NCBI GenBank assembly: GCA_045863235.1
Contig: BTUM01000024.1
Span: 24,820 to 88,819 of the forward strand
Source: Candidatus Xenobia bacterium
GTDB taxonomy: Bacteria; Vulcanimicrobiota; Xenobia; Xenobiales; QWHO01
Direction: 5' to 3'
Length of the DNA: 64,000 nt
The notes below the pieces were generated by a model that saw only the letters and a program-made list of their open reading frames with translations, was not told where the DNA came from and searched no databases. Positions 39,343 to 48,500 of the stretch are shown here, one piece after another; positions within the stretch are counted from its first letter, which is position 1, and each line of letters begins with the position of its first letter. The translations under genes and the position numbers were made by a program.

Positions 39343-39430
39343 CGCTCCTCGGGCCGACCTTGGAGGGGCCGGCTGAGAGCTGTGCTCGGCTGAGTAAGGG
39401 CGACCTGCGCTTTGCGCTGGAGCTGCGCGG

Positions 39431-40864
39431 TCACGGCCGCACCAGGCGCAGCGAGCCGACATCTGGCGCAGTTGCTCCGATGGCCCGAACCAGGTCGGAG
39501 AAGATCAGGCGATGGAGGGGGTAGAGCGCATACCAATAAAGTGCTCCGGCAAGCCCGAAGGGCTCAAAGCGAGCCGTCTGGACCAGTCGGGTTCCTCCGT
39601 TATCGGGGCGGCTCTCCCACTCCAACCAGGCCCGCCCCGGCACCTTCATCTCGGCTCGAAGCAAGAGACGCCGATTGGGCTCCAGCTCCTCCACTCGCCA
39701 GAAGTCGAGCGCTTCGCCGGGTAGAAGCTCGGTGGGATGGCGTCGGCCTCGACGGAGGCCCGGGCCCCCCAGGAGACGATCGAGCAGGCCACGTAGCTCC
39801 CAGGCCCAGCCCCAGACCAGCCAGCCGCGCTCGCCTCCGAGGCTGGTGAAGCTGGAGAAGACCTGCTCGGGAGAAGCGCCCACCCAGACCGACCGTACCT
39901 CGCGGATCATCCCCTCAAGGTCGGTCAGCTCGGAGGTCTTGGAATCCGTGCGGGCCCCGCTCCAGCGGGTCTCGACCTCTTGCTCTCTGACGCGCTGCAG
40001 GGCTCGCTCGACAGCCTCGCGGTAGCTGCACGGGTGAATTTCGGGAAAGAGTTGGCGGGCTTTCCTGGTGTCTCCGACCACGGGATGGACCACGCCCTGT
40101 ACGAGCGGAATGGCCAGCCGGTTGGGAATGGGAGTGACCAGGCCCACCCAGCGAGCAGCCAGCCACGGCGCCAGTACCGGCAAGGGAAAGATGAACCGAC
40201 GCAGGCCCCGCACCTCGGCATAGACCTCCATCATGGACTTGAAGCTCAGCACATCGCTGCCCAGGTCAACCACCCCGGAGGGTTTGAGACCCAGGGCAGC
40301 CACCAGGTAGCTCAGCATGTCTCCAATCCCGATGGGCTGCACAGGGTTGAGGATCCAGTAGGGGGCCACCATGACCGGCAGGCGCTCGGTTAAATAGCGG
40401 ACCATCTCGAACGAAGCGGACCCGCTGCCGATGATCGGTCCGGCCCGAAACTCGGTGGTAGGAAGGCGTTCGCGCAAGAGCGAGCCGACCTCGGCTCGGC
40501 TGCCAAGATGGCGAGAGACTTTCTCAGAGCGTGGTAAGAGCCCGCCGAGGTAGATGACGTGGCGCAACGACCCGGCCACGGCTGAGAAGTTCTCAGCTGC
40601 CTGGCGATCCCGGCGGGCGAAGTCGGCCCCATCCACCATCGAGTGAACCAGGTAGTAGGCGACCTCCACACCTTCACACAGGCCGGTCAGTGTCTCCAGG
40701 CGAGTTAGATCGCCCACGTGCACCTCCACCTGGTTGGCCCAGCGGCGGCCTCGCACCTGGCCGGGATCGCGCACCAGCACGCGCACCTGATGGCCCTTCT
40801 CGAGCAGCACGCGAATCAACCGGCCGCCGATGTATCCGGATGCTCCGGTTACCAGAATCTTCAT
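39431..40864 (-). CDS. Atypical SDR with DUF2867 domain (YbjT-like)
   Basis: VTGASGYIG, AYYLVHSM, HLGSRAEV, GSGSASFEM, DFWRVE, AEMKVPGRAWLE. Confidence 0.9.
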   Translation of the reverse strand: MKILVTGASGYIGGRLIRVLLEKGHQVRVLVRDPGQVRGRRWANQVEVHVGDLTRLETLTGLCEGVEVAYYLVHSMVDGADFARRDRQAAENFSAVAGSLRHVIYLGGLLPRSEKVSRHLGSRAEVGSLLRERLPTTEFRAGPIIGSGSASFEMVRYLTERLPVMVAPYWILNPVQPIGIGDMLSYLVAALGLKPSGVVDLGSDVLSFKSMMEVYAEVRGLRRFIFPLPVLAPWLAARWVGLVTPIPNRLAIPLVQGVVHPVVGDTRKARQLFPEIHPCSYREAVERALQRVREQEVETRWSGARTDSKTSELTDLEGMIREVRSVWVGASPEQVFSSFTSLGGERGWLVWGWAWELRGLLDRLLGGPGLRRGRRHPTELLPGEALDFWRVEELEPNRRLLLRAEMKVPGRAWLEWESRPDNGGTRLVQTARFEPFGLAGALYWYALYPLHRLIFSDLVRAIGATAPDVGSLRLVRP

Positions 40865-41565
40865 CGGCTTCGCACCCGCGCCAGGCCCCCGTCGACGCCC
40901 AGCACCTGACCGGTAATCCAGCTCTGCCCGAGCAGAAAAACGATGGCCTCGGCCACATCCGAGGCGCTTCCGATGCGGCCGAGAGGGTGGAGCTTTCTGG
41001 CCGCCTCCAGGCTGGCCGGCCGGCCAGTGATAGACGTGGTCAGATCCGTGCGCACCAGGCCCGGAGCGACCGCATTGACGCGGACGTTCCAGCCGGCGTA
41101 GGTGGCTGCGGCCGAGCGCACCAGTCCCTCGACCCCCGCCTTGGCGGCCGCTATGGCCTCGTGATTGGCCAGCCCGAGGGAGGCGGCCGCTGAGCTCACC
41201 AGCACGATGGAGCCTCCCCCCTCTTGCATCGTGCGAGCCCCCGCTCTGGTTACCGCGAAGGCCGTGACCAGGTTGGCTGCCAGGGTGGCCTCGAGCTCCG
41301 AGCGGGAGATCAGGTGAGCGGGCTTGAGCAAGAGGCTGCCCACACAATTTGCCACGCCCCGAACTTCCCCGAAGGTCCTGTGAGCTTCATGCAAGACCTC
41401 TTCAACCGCTTCGAAGTCGCTCGCGTCCACCTGTCGACAGGTAGCCAGGGAGCCGAGTTCTGGACGGCTCCGGCCTGCGGCCAGCACTCGATGACCTGCT
41501 CTGGCCAGTTCTCGCACGACTTCTGACCCGATTCCCCCTGCACCGCCAAAGATCACAAAACCCAC
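40861..41565 (-). CDS. Short-chain dehydrogenase/reductase
   Basis: GGAGGIG, NCVGS, IAAAKAG (catalytic Tyr replaced), RVNAVAPG, ITGQVLGVDGG. Confidence 0.9.
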   Translation of the reverse strand: MGFVIFGGAGGIGSEVVRELARAGHRVLAAGRSRPELGSLATCRQVDASDFEAVEEVLHEAHRTFGEVRGVANCVGSLLLKPAHLISRSELEATLAANLVTAFAVTRAGARTMQEGGGSIVLVSSAAASLGLANHEAIAAAKAGVEGLVRSAAATYAGWNVRVNAVAPGLVRTDLTTSITGRPASLEAARKLHPLGRIGSASDVAEAIVFLLGQSWITGQVLGVDGGLARVRSR

Positions 41566-41602
41566 TTGCGACTCCTTACTGTCCAGAAGTTATACAAGCC
41601 TT

Positions 41603-42082
41603 TCATTGGGCGTGAGCTTCGACGAACCATAACAGCTTGTCCACCCCTCGTGAGACTTCCGTAAAAATGTCAGCCGTGTCGGCGTCGCCAGAACTGGCGG
41701 CCTGCTCGCTGGCCTCGCGCACTCGCTGCCCAAACTGTCCCAGCACGAGGGACAGATGCTCGACCGCCTGGGGTCCCGGAATCGGACCCGAGGGGACCGG
41801 CGGTAGTTTGGAGCTGGCCTGGAGGGCCGCGCCCTCGACCGAGCCGGCCAGTTGCACCGCACGCTCGGCCAGCGTGTCGGAGTGGGCCTCCAGCTCTTCG
41901 GCCACCCGGTCAAAGAGCTGGTGCAGGCTGAAGAAGTTCGGCCCCTTGACGTTCCAGTGAAGCTGCTTGGCCTGGAGTTTGAGATCGAGGGCTGCGGCCA
42001 GGTGTATCTGGAGTGACTCGGCCTGGCGAGTACGGGTCCACTCATCGAGGGAATTTCCAATCTTGACAGAGATCGCGGGCAT
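41603..42082 (-). CDS. dps: Dps DNA-protection/ferritin-like protein
   Basis: HWNVKGPNFFSLHQLFD, DTLAER, DKLLWFVEAH. Confidence 0.92.
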   Translation of the reverse strand: MPAISVKIGNSLDEWTRTRQAESLQIHLAAALDLKLQAKQLHWNVKGPNFFSLHQLFDRVAEELEAHSDTLAERAVQLAGSVEGAALQASSKLPPVPSGPIPGPQAVEHLSLVLGQFGQRVREASEQAASSGDADTADIFTEVSRGVDKLLWFVEAHAQ

Positions 42083-42173
42083 GTCTTTCCTTCCTTTCCA
42101 TCGCAGCGCGGCTTCAGAGCTGTTCTCGCCTGGACCCATTCTGCCAGAGCTTTCCTCTCTTTGTCCCTGAGGG

Positions 42174-42353
42174 CTAAGCACTCTGCGGGGTCCACGCCAG
42201 GGATGCGGCCATCAGCGCAAGACCTATCGTCGGGGGGGCAAATGCCACCAGGGGAACGCGGCTCATCGCCTCACCACCAAACAGCAGGCAGAGCATGGCC
42301 GCGATCCCTGTCCACAGCAAAACGAGCAGGCTACCACGAGTCTCAGGTTTCAT
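42174..42353 (-). CDS. Small 2-TM membrane protein
   Basis: Two hydrophobic helices; first ORF after the promoter at 42415. Confidence 0.55.
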   Translation of the reverse strand: MKPETRGSLLVLLWTGIAAMLCLLFGGEAMSRVPLVAFAPPTIGLALMAASLAWTPQSA

Positions 42354-42379
42354 TTGCTTTGTTCTCGCTTTTCTTGTTA

Positions 42380-42415
42380 TGGACAAAATATATACAAGAA
42401 CGATACAAAAGTCAA
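42380..42415 (-). promoter_or_regulatory. Sigma70 promoter overlapped by CarH/LitR-type 11-bp repeats
   Basis: TTGACT(42415-42410)-N17-TATATT(42392-42387); TGGACA, TATACA, GATACA at 42380, 42391, 42402. Confidence 0.75.
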
Positions 42416-42569
42416 CCCCCCTGATGGGTCTTCTCTGGGCAGCCTGTTGGGCCCATTTACATAAGAAGCTGGACAGCCTGAGGGTAGGGGTCGGATCAGT
42501 TGACGGGGTGGGTGATCGGGTGCATCGCGTCGCACCTGAGTTGGCGGGTTGGCCGAACGGAGAGCCCGG

Positions 42570-43709
42570 TCAGTCGCACGCGCACACGGGCACATCACCA
42601 GGGGGCAGGTACAGGGGCCAGTAGAACCAGGCCTGCCAGCGGTCTTCTTGCTCTCCGGTTCCCAGGTAGCCCTGCTTGAGGGCCGCTTCCGGCTCCAGGC
42701 CGATGGCCTGGCCCACGACGAGGGCGGTGAATTCATCAGGCTGGAACGGCTCCAGCCCGGGGCCCGGAAGCTCGAGGCTGAAGCGCAAGAGTGCGTGCCC
42801 CTGGCGGGCGACGCGGAGCTCGGCGGTGCGCAGGCGGGCATCCATCATCCGGCGGACCAGGTCGTACACCAGTCGGTCAATTGTCGAGGTTTCCAGGCAG
42901 CGAGCCGAAATTGCGCCCTGGTAATCGGTGCTGACCTGGATGCTGGTGCCAGCCTCCCAGCGCACCCGGTGAATCTTGGCCAGCATTGGTGCCAGCAAGT
43001 GGGCTCGCGGAGCCTCGTCCGCCTGGCGCAGGGGCACGTCCAGATCGAGGAATGCGTTTCGCATCATTTTGGCGTGGTCGCGAGCGAGGAGAATAGCGGT
43101 GCGCAACTCGGCCGGTGCCGGGCCTCGCCGCTCGAACTCGCGAGCGTAGCCTGAAAGAGGGCTCACTGCGCCCCAGCGGGTGTGCTGCAATGCGGCTCGG
43201 ACCAACAATGAGCCCGATCGAGTTGCGGCTCCGAGTCGACCCAGCCCGTCCATCAGGTCGGGCTCGTTCAGATTGCACAAACGTTGGACAAGCAGGTGAT
43301 CGGCTGTACCCTCCCCGAGGTACATCGACAGCTCATAAGTGCGCTTGAGTAAGTCGTAGAGGCGCAGCACGGTCACAAGGTCGGCGGTGGCCAGCTCACG
43401 GAGCTCGATTCCCAGCCCCTCGCCCTGAAAACGGTCTTCTCGAAGCAGTGCAAAGGGCTCGCCTCGCCCGGGGGCCTGGGCCAGCAGGGCCTCGCGGCCC
43501 AGGGCAGCAAGCTCTCCGATACTTCGGCCCTCATCGAGAAGATCGCGGATGCGCATCAAGATCTGCAAATCTTCATCCGAGTAGAGCCGGTGCCCGCCCT
43601 CCAGGCGGACCGGCTCAAGCAGGCGGTAACGTCGTTCCCAGGCCCTCAGGAGACCAGGGGAAAAGCCGGTGCGTTCGGATACGGTGCGAATCTTGTGGTG
43701 GTTGTCCAT
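42570..43709 (-). CDS. MerR-family (CarH/LitR-like HTH) regulator with atypical C-terminal domain
   Basis: IRTVSERTGFSPGLLRAWERRYRLLEPVRLEGGHRLYSDED..GRSIGELA; no cobalamin-binding motif. Confidence 0.85.
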   Translation of the reverse strand: MDNHHKIRTVSERTGFSPGLLRAWERRYRLLEPVRLEGGHRLYSDEDLQILMRIRDLLDEGRSIGELAALGREALLAQAPGRGEPFALLREDRFQGEGLGIELRELATADLVTVLRLYDLLKRTYELSMYLGEGTADHLLVQRLCNLNEPDLMDGLGRLGAATRSGSLLVRAALQHTRWGAVSPLSGYAREFERRGPAPAELRTAILLARDHAKMMRNAFLDLDVPLRQADEAPRAHLLAPMLAKIHRVRWEAGTSIQVSTDYQGAISARCLETSTIDRLVYDLVRRMMDARLRTAELRVARQGHALLRFSLELPGPGLEPFQPDEFTALVVGQAIGLEPEAALKQGYLGTGEQEDRWQAWFYWPLYLPPGDVPVCACD

Positions 43710-43721
43710 TCGACGAATTGT

Positions 43722-43738
43722 TAGACAAAAACGGTACA
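43722..43738. promoter_or_regulatory. Second operator copy upstream of the MerR gene
   Basis: TAGACAAAAACGGTACA, 14/17 identical to TATACAAGAACGATACA at 42391-42407. Confidence 0.6.
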
Positions 43739-43765
43739 GACCCTTTTCCCCCGGAGCAGGCCTGA

Positions 43766-44743
43766 CTACAAGCCAGTCGCTGCTCTGCCGAAACGGTAGT
43801 GACCGACCATGTATTCGCGGCCCCCCTGATAGCCGAAGTAACCGGCGCAGGCCAGGAAGAAGAGCTCCCAGCGAAAGAACCACTTGCGTCTATCCCGACC
43901 GTAGACGGTGCCGAAGATCTCCAGGACGGGCGCCTTCTCGCGACGCAAGTTGGCCAGCCAGGCCAGGGCGGTGCGCTGGTAATGAGTGCCGTCCACCAGC
44001 CAGTGGGCTTCCGGAACCAGGCTCCCGCAGCACTGGAGGAACAGGTTGGCTGAAGGCAGTGTCCCGCCAGCGAAGAAATGGCGCTCCATCCATCCCTGGC
44101 CCTCGAAGAGATAGGCCAGGGTCCGATGACAGAAGATGTGCACAAACAGCTTGCCCCCCGGCTCGAGCCAGGCCTCCAGGCGCTGAAAGAGCAACCGGTA
44201 GTTGCGCAGGTGCTCGAACATCTCGATCGAGAGGATGCGATCGTAGCGCTGCGGAGGCTCGAAGTGGTTGATGTCGCAGGTCCGCACCTCGACGTTCGGG
44301 AGTTGCAACGAGTTGATAAACTCTCTCTGGCTATGCGAGTTGGACACGGCCAGGATGCGGCTGGCGGGATAGCGGCGAGCCACGAGCTCGGTGAGGGAGC
44401 CCCAGCCGCAACCGAGCTCGAGGATGCTCTGCCCATTGCGCAACACGGCCCGTTCGCAGTAAAGCTCGAGCATGGCGCGCTCGGCGTCCCCCAGATTCTG
44501 CCCGGCCGAGGTCCAGTAGGCGCTGGAATACTTGCGGTGTGGCCCCAGCACGAGTTGGAAGAAGCTGGCGGGCAGCTCGTAGTGCTGTCGGTTGGCCTCC
44601 TCGACCTGCAGCGCCAGCGGGCTCTGCCTGTCCAGCAATTCCAGCAACCGCTCCTGCTGGGCCTCGGGGCCGCCCCGGCGCTCACGCCGCAGGCGCTGCC
44701 AGTTCAGCAAGCGGATCGCTTGCAGGATCAGGAAGTCTTTCAT
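43766..44743 (-). CDS. SAM-dependent methyltransferase, Cfa-related
   Basis: ANRQHYELP, LGPHRKYS, LELGCGWGS, SIEMFEHLRNY, FVHIFCH. Confidence 0.88.
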   Translation of the reverse strand: MKDFLILQAIRLLNWQRLRRERRGGPEAQQERLLELLDRQSPLALQVEEANRQHYELPASFFQLVLGPHRKYSSAYWTSAGQNLGDAERAMLELYCERAVLRNGQSILELGCGWGSLTELVARRYPASRILAVSNSHSQREFINSLQLPNVEVRTCDINHFEPPQRYDRILSIEMFEHLRNYRLLFQRLEAWLEPGGKLFVHIFCHRTLAYLFEGQGWMERHFFAGGTLPSANLFLQCCGSLVPEAHWLVDGTHYQRTALAWLANLRREKAPVLEIFGTVYGRDRRKWFFRWELFFLACAGYFGYQGGREYMVGHYRFGRAATGL

Positions 44744-45513
44744 TTTTTGAACCAGGGGATCAGCGCGCTGGTCGTCTCCTGATAGCGCCGGTAGGCTTCC
44801 CCCTTGCTGCGCAGGGCCTGTTGCTCGGTAGCCGGGATCCCGGTGACGCGCAGGATGAAGTAAGCGATGAGCAGGGGGCTCAGCATTCCCAGCCAGCCGT
44901 GAGGTGAGGCCAGGGCGAAGGTTCCGAAGCCGACCCAGGTAACGATCTCGAAGAAATAGTTAGGATGGCGGCTGTAGCTCCAGAGCCCTCGCTGGCAGAC
45001 CCCGCTCTGCCCCTCGCGCTTGAAAGCCGCCAGTTGGCCGTCGGCGGTCGCCTCCCCGAGTAAGCCCGTCAGCCAGAGGGCGGCTCCGGCCATCTCCAGG
45101 GCATGGATCCGAGGCTCGGGATTGAGGCAGATGAGCAGGAACGGTAGCGACAGCAGTACGTCCAGCAGGCCCTGGGCCAGGAAGAAAGCCAGGAACTTCA
45201 GGCCAACGTTGCGCTCCCAGTCCTTGCGCAGTTGTTTGTAGCGCCCTTCCTCTTCAGCTCCCCAGACGCGCGTGAGAAAGAGATGGCCTCCCAGCCGCAG
45301 AGCCCACAGGCAGACCATGGCGGCGCACAGCCAGCTGCGAACCGGCCAGCCCGTTCCTTTCCAGGCATAGTAGAGGGCCAGCAGCATCAGGCCAAATGTC
45401 CAGCCCACGTCTACCACGGCCGCGTTCTTGAGCGGGAAATGCAGCAGCCACAGGACCAACATCAGTCCGCCTACCAGCACCGCCCCGCCCAGCATCATTT
45501 CCATGACGTCCAC
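44740..45513 (-). CDS. DUF1295 membrane protein
   Basis: NAAVVDVGW, EEGRY, GLWSYSRHPNYFFE, VTGIP, YQETTS. Confidence 0.9.
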   Translation of the reverse strand: MDVMEMMLGGAVLVGGLMLVLWLLHFPLKNAAVVDVGWTFGLMLLALYYAWKGTGWPVRSWLCAAMVCLWALRLGGHLFLTRVWGAEEEGRYKQLRKDWERNVGLKFLAFFLAQGLLDVLLSLPFLLICLNPEPRIHALEMAGAALWLTGLLGEATADGQLAAFKREGQSGVCQRGLWSYSRHPNYFFEIVTWVGFGTFALASPHGWLGMLSPLLIAYFILRVTGIPATEQQALRSKGEAYRRYQETTSALIPWFKK

Positions 45514-45570
45514 TTGGGAGTCGAAGGCACGGCTCCTGCAAAGCGTTGAAGGAAAAAGTCGACTGTCGCC

Positions 45571-48500
45571 TTAGAGCATGCGAGCCAGAGCCGTGAACTC
45601 ACCTTTGAAGCCGGCCAGGCGGAAGGCCGGCGCGGCTTTGGACGCAGGGGCGCTCTCGCCATCGATCTGCTCGATACGCAGAATCTTCCCCCGGGCCCGG
45701 GTGGCCAGTTCGTCCAGGGCGGCTGCGGCCTTCTCGTCGAAGGCCGGGAAGGTGAGCACCCGCCGAGCGTTCCTCTCCACATACAGAGCGGGCTCGCCCC
45801 CGCGCAGCACCACGAAGGTTCCAGCCGCGCGCCTGGGACGCCCGGCGCACTCGGGCCAGGGAATCATCGCGCCGTAAGGGTTGGCCGGGTCGGTGCTGGC
45901 CAGCAGAACGACCCCCGCTTCGTCCTCGCGACAGCCGCGCAGGCGATCCACAGCCCCCGAATAGGCGAACTGGACCCCGCTGAGTCCCTCCACGAAGTAG
46001 CCGCGGCGCACCTGTCCGCTCTCCTCCATCTCTTTGAGCACTCCGTACAGTGAGCCCAGCCGCTCGGCGGCGGCCGTCTCGCGACTGACCACGCCGTAGC
46101 GCTCGAGCAGGGCGTGGGCCCGGGCCACGGCCTGGCGCGTCTTGTCGGGCGGCTGCTCGAAGAAGGAGCTGACCAGCGACCATCGCCCGCCGGTAAGCAG
46201 CGGGTCGTTTCGTCCTGGACGGCGCCGGGCGCGACCAAAGAGGCGCAGGGGCTGGAAGGTGTCGTTGGTGATCAGGCCCTTCCAGCTCAGCTCGGCCAGG
46301 GCTTGCAGCAGATCCTGCGCGTTTCCCGAGGGCAGCTGGAAGAAGAACGAGCTGCCCTTCGCCTCGAGGTGCTCGAGGATCCGCCCGGCCAGTTCGTTCT
46401 CTCCCTCGTAGGGAGGGGGCGGCTCGGCCAGCTGACTGAAGCGCTCGCGTCGGTAGATGGCGACCCGGCCATCGGCGGGGCCAAGTGAGCCGGCGCCCAC
46501 CCAGATCAGCTGGCCCGAGGCCCCCTGCTCGTCCAGCATTCGGGGCTGGAAGTCTTTCACGCGGGCCGGAAGAATCCAGCGCTCCAGGTCGGAGAAGGGT
46601 AGCGCCACCCCCTCCAACTGGGCCAGCACCTCGCGCAGGCGGTTGTGGCCCCGCTGGGGCGACCCCACCCCCTGCCAGGAGGGCAGAAAGCGCCCCAGAA
46701 CGGCGGGCTCGACGGGTGCGATCTGCTTTCTCAGCCGCGCCAGCGTGCGCCGCTTCAGCTTGCGCAGCACGTCCGGGTCGAGCCATTCCAACGCATGGCC
46801 ACCGGGGCGGAAGTCGCCTGAAAGCAGGCGCCCCCGGTCGGCCAGGGCCTGCAGCACCGGCTCCACCTGGCCCGGCACCAGGGCGTAGCGCTCGGCCAGC
46901 TCCCGAGTGGTGAAGGGGCCGTGGGTGCGGGCGTAGCGCAGAAACAGCGTCTCCAGGGGGCGCTCGGCCGGCTCCAGGAAGACCCGGGGCAGTCCGCCCG
47001 GCAGGGAGGCTCCCAGTCCATCGCGGTAGAGGGCGGCGTCCTCTACCGCGACGAAGCGCTCCTCACCCCCCAGTCGCAGGCGGGCGATTCTGCGGGCCTG
47101 CTCGAGCTGGACGAGCCACTCGCGGGGGGCTCTGGTTTCGGAAGCTGTGCGATCCCCCACCTGACGAAGCAGGTCGTGCAGGTCGTCGGCGTGGCGCAGC
47201 GGCCTGTGGAGCAGCTCCTCCTCCAGCTCTTGCAGCACCTGCGGGTCGAGCAGCGAGCGCAGGTCTTCACGACCCAAGAGCTCGCGCAACATCTTGCGAT
47301 CCAGCGTCAGGGCCTGAGCCCGGCGCTCGGCCAGGGGCGTGTCCCCCTCGTAGAGGTAGGCGGCCTGGTAGGCGAAGGCCAGCGAGCGGGCCATGGGCGA
47401 GGGAGCGGTGGTCTCCACCTCGTCCACCCGGATTTCGCGCCGCTCGAGAGAGCGCAGCAACTCGATCAGGGCGGGCAGGTCGAAGTAGTCCTGCAGGCAG
47501 CTGCGGTAGGTCTCCAGGATGATGGGAAAGCTGGGATAGGCGCTGGCTGTGGCCAGCAGGGCCTGGGCCTTGAGGCGCTGGGTCCAGAGCGGGGTGCGCT
47601 GGCCTGGATAGCGGCGGGGGAGCAGCAGAGCGCGCCCGGCGTTCTCGCGAAACTGCGAGGCGAAGATGCCGGTGTGGGAGAGCTGATCCACCGCCAGGTC
47701 CTCGGCTTCGTCCGGGTCGGGGAAGAGCTTCTCCAGGTCGACCTCGCCCTCCACCAGCCTGAGGACGATGCCGTCGTCGCTCCACACGGTCTGCACGTCG
47801 AAACCCGCCTCCTGGCTCAGAGCGCCCTCGATGGCCAGGGCCCAGGGAGCGTGCACGCGAGCTCCAAAGGGCGACAGGATGCAGATGCGCCAGTCGCCCA
47901 GCTCGTCTCGAAAGCGCTCCACCGTGATGGCCCGGTCGGTGGGCAACGTGCCGGTAACCTCCAGCTGCTCTTGCACGAAGGCCACCAGGTTGCGGGCGGC
48001 CAGCTCGTCCAGAGGGGAGTTCTGCAGCACCCAACCCTCGGGGTCGTCTTGCCGGGACAGCTCGCGGCAGAATGCGCCCAGCGCTCGCCCCAGCTCGACC
48101 GTACGTCCGGGACCGTCGCCGCGCCAGAAGGGCAGCCGCCCTGGCTCGCCCGGCGCAGGGCTGACCACCACCCGGTCGCGGGTGATCTCCTCGATGCGCC
48201 AGGTGGTGCTGCCCAGCACGAAGTTCTGGCCGCGCCGCACCTCGTAGGCCATCTCCTCGTCCATCTCGCCCACCCGGGGCCCCTCGGGGCCCAGGTGCAC
48301 GCCGTACATGCCCCGGTCGGGGATGGTTCCGCCGTTCACCATGGCCAGCGAGCCCGCTCCTCGTCGCGCGGTCAAGAGGCCGGTCTCGCGGTCCCAGTTC
48401 AGGCGCGGGCGCAGCTCGGCGAAGTCAGTGGAGGGGTAGCGTCCGCTGAGCATGTCCAGCACCGCGTGCAGGGCCTCCCTGGTCAGCTCGCGATAGGGGT

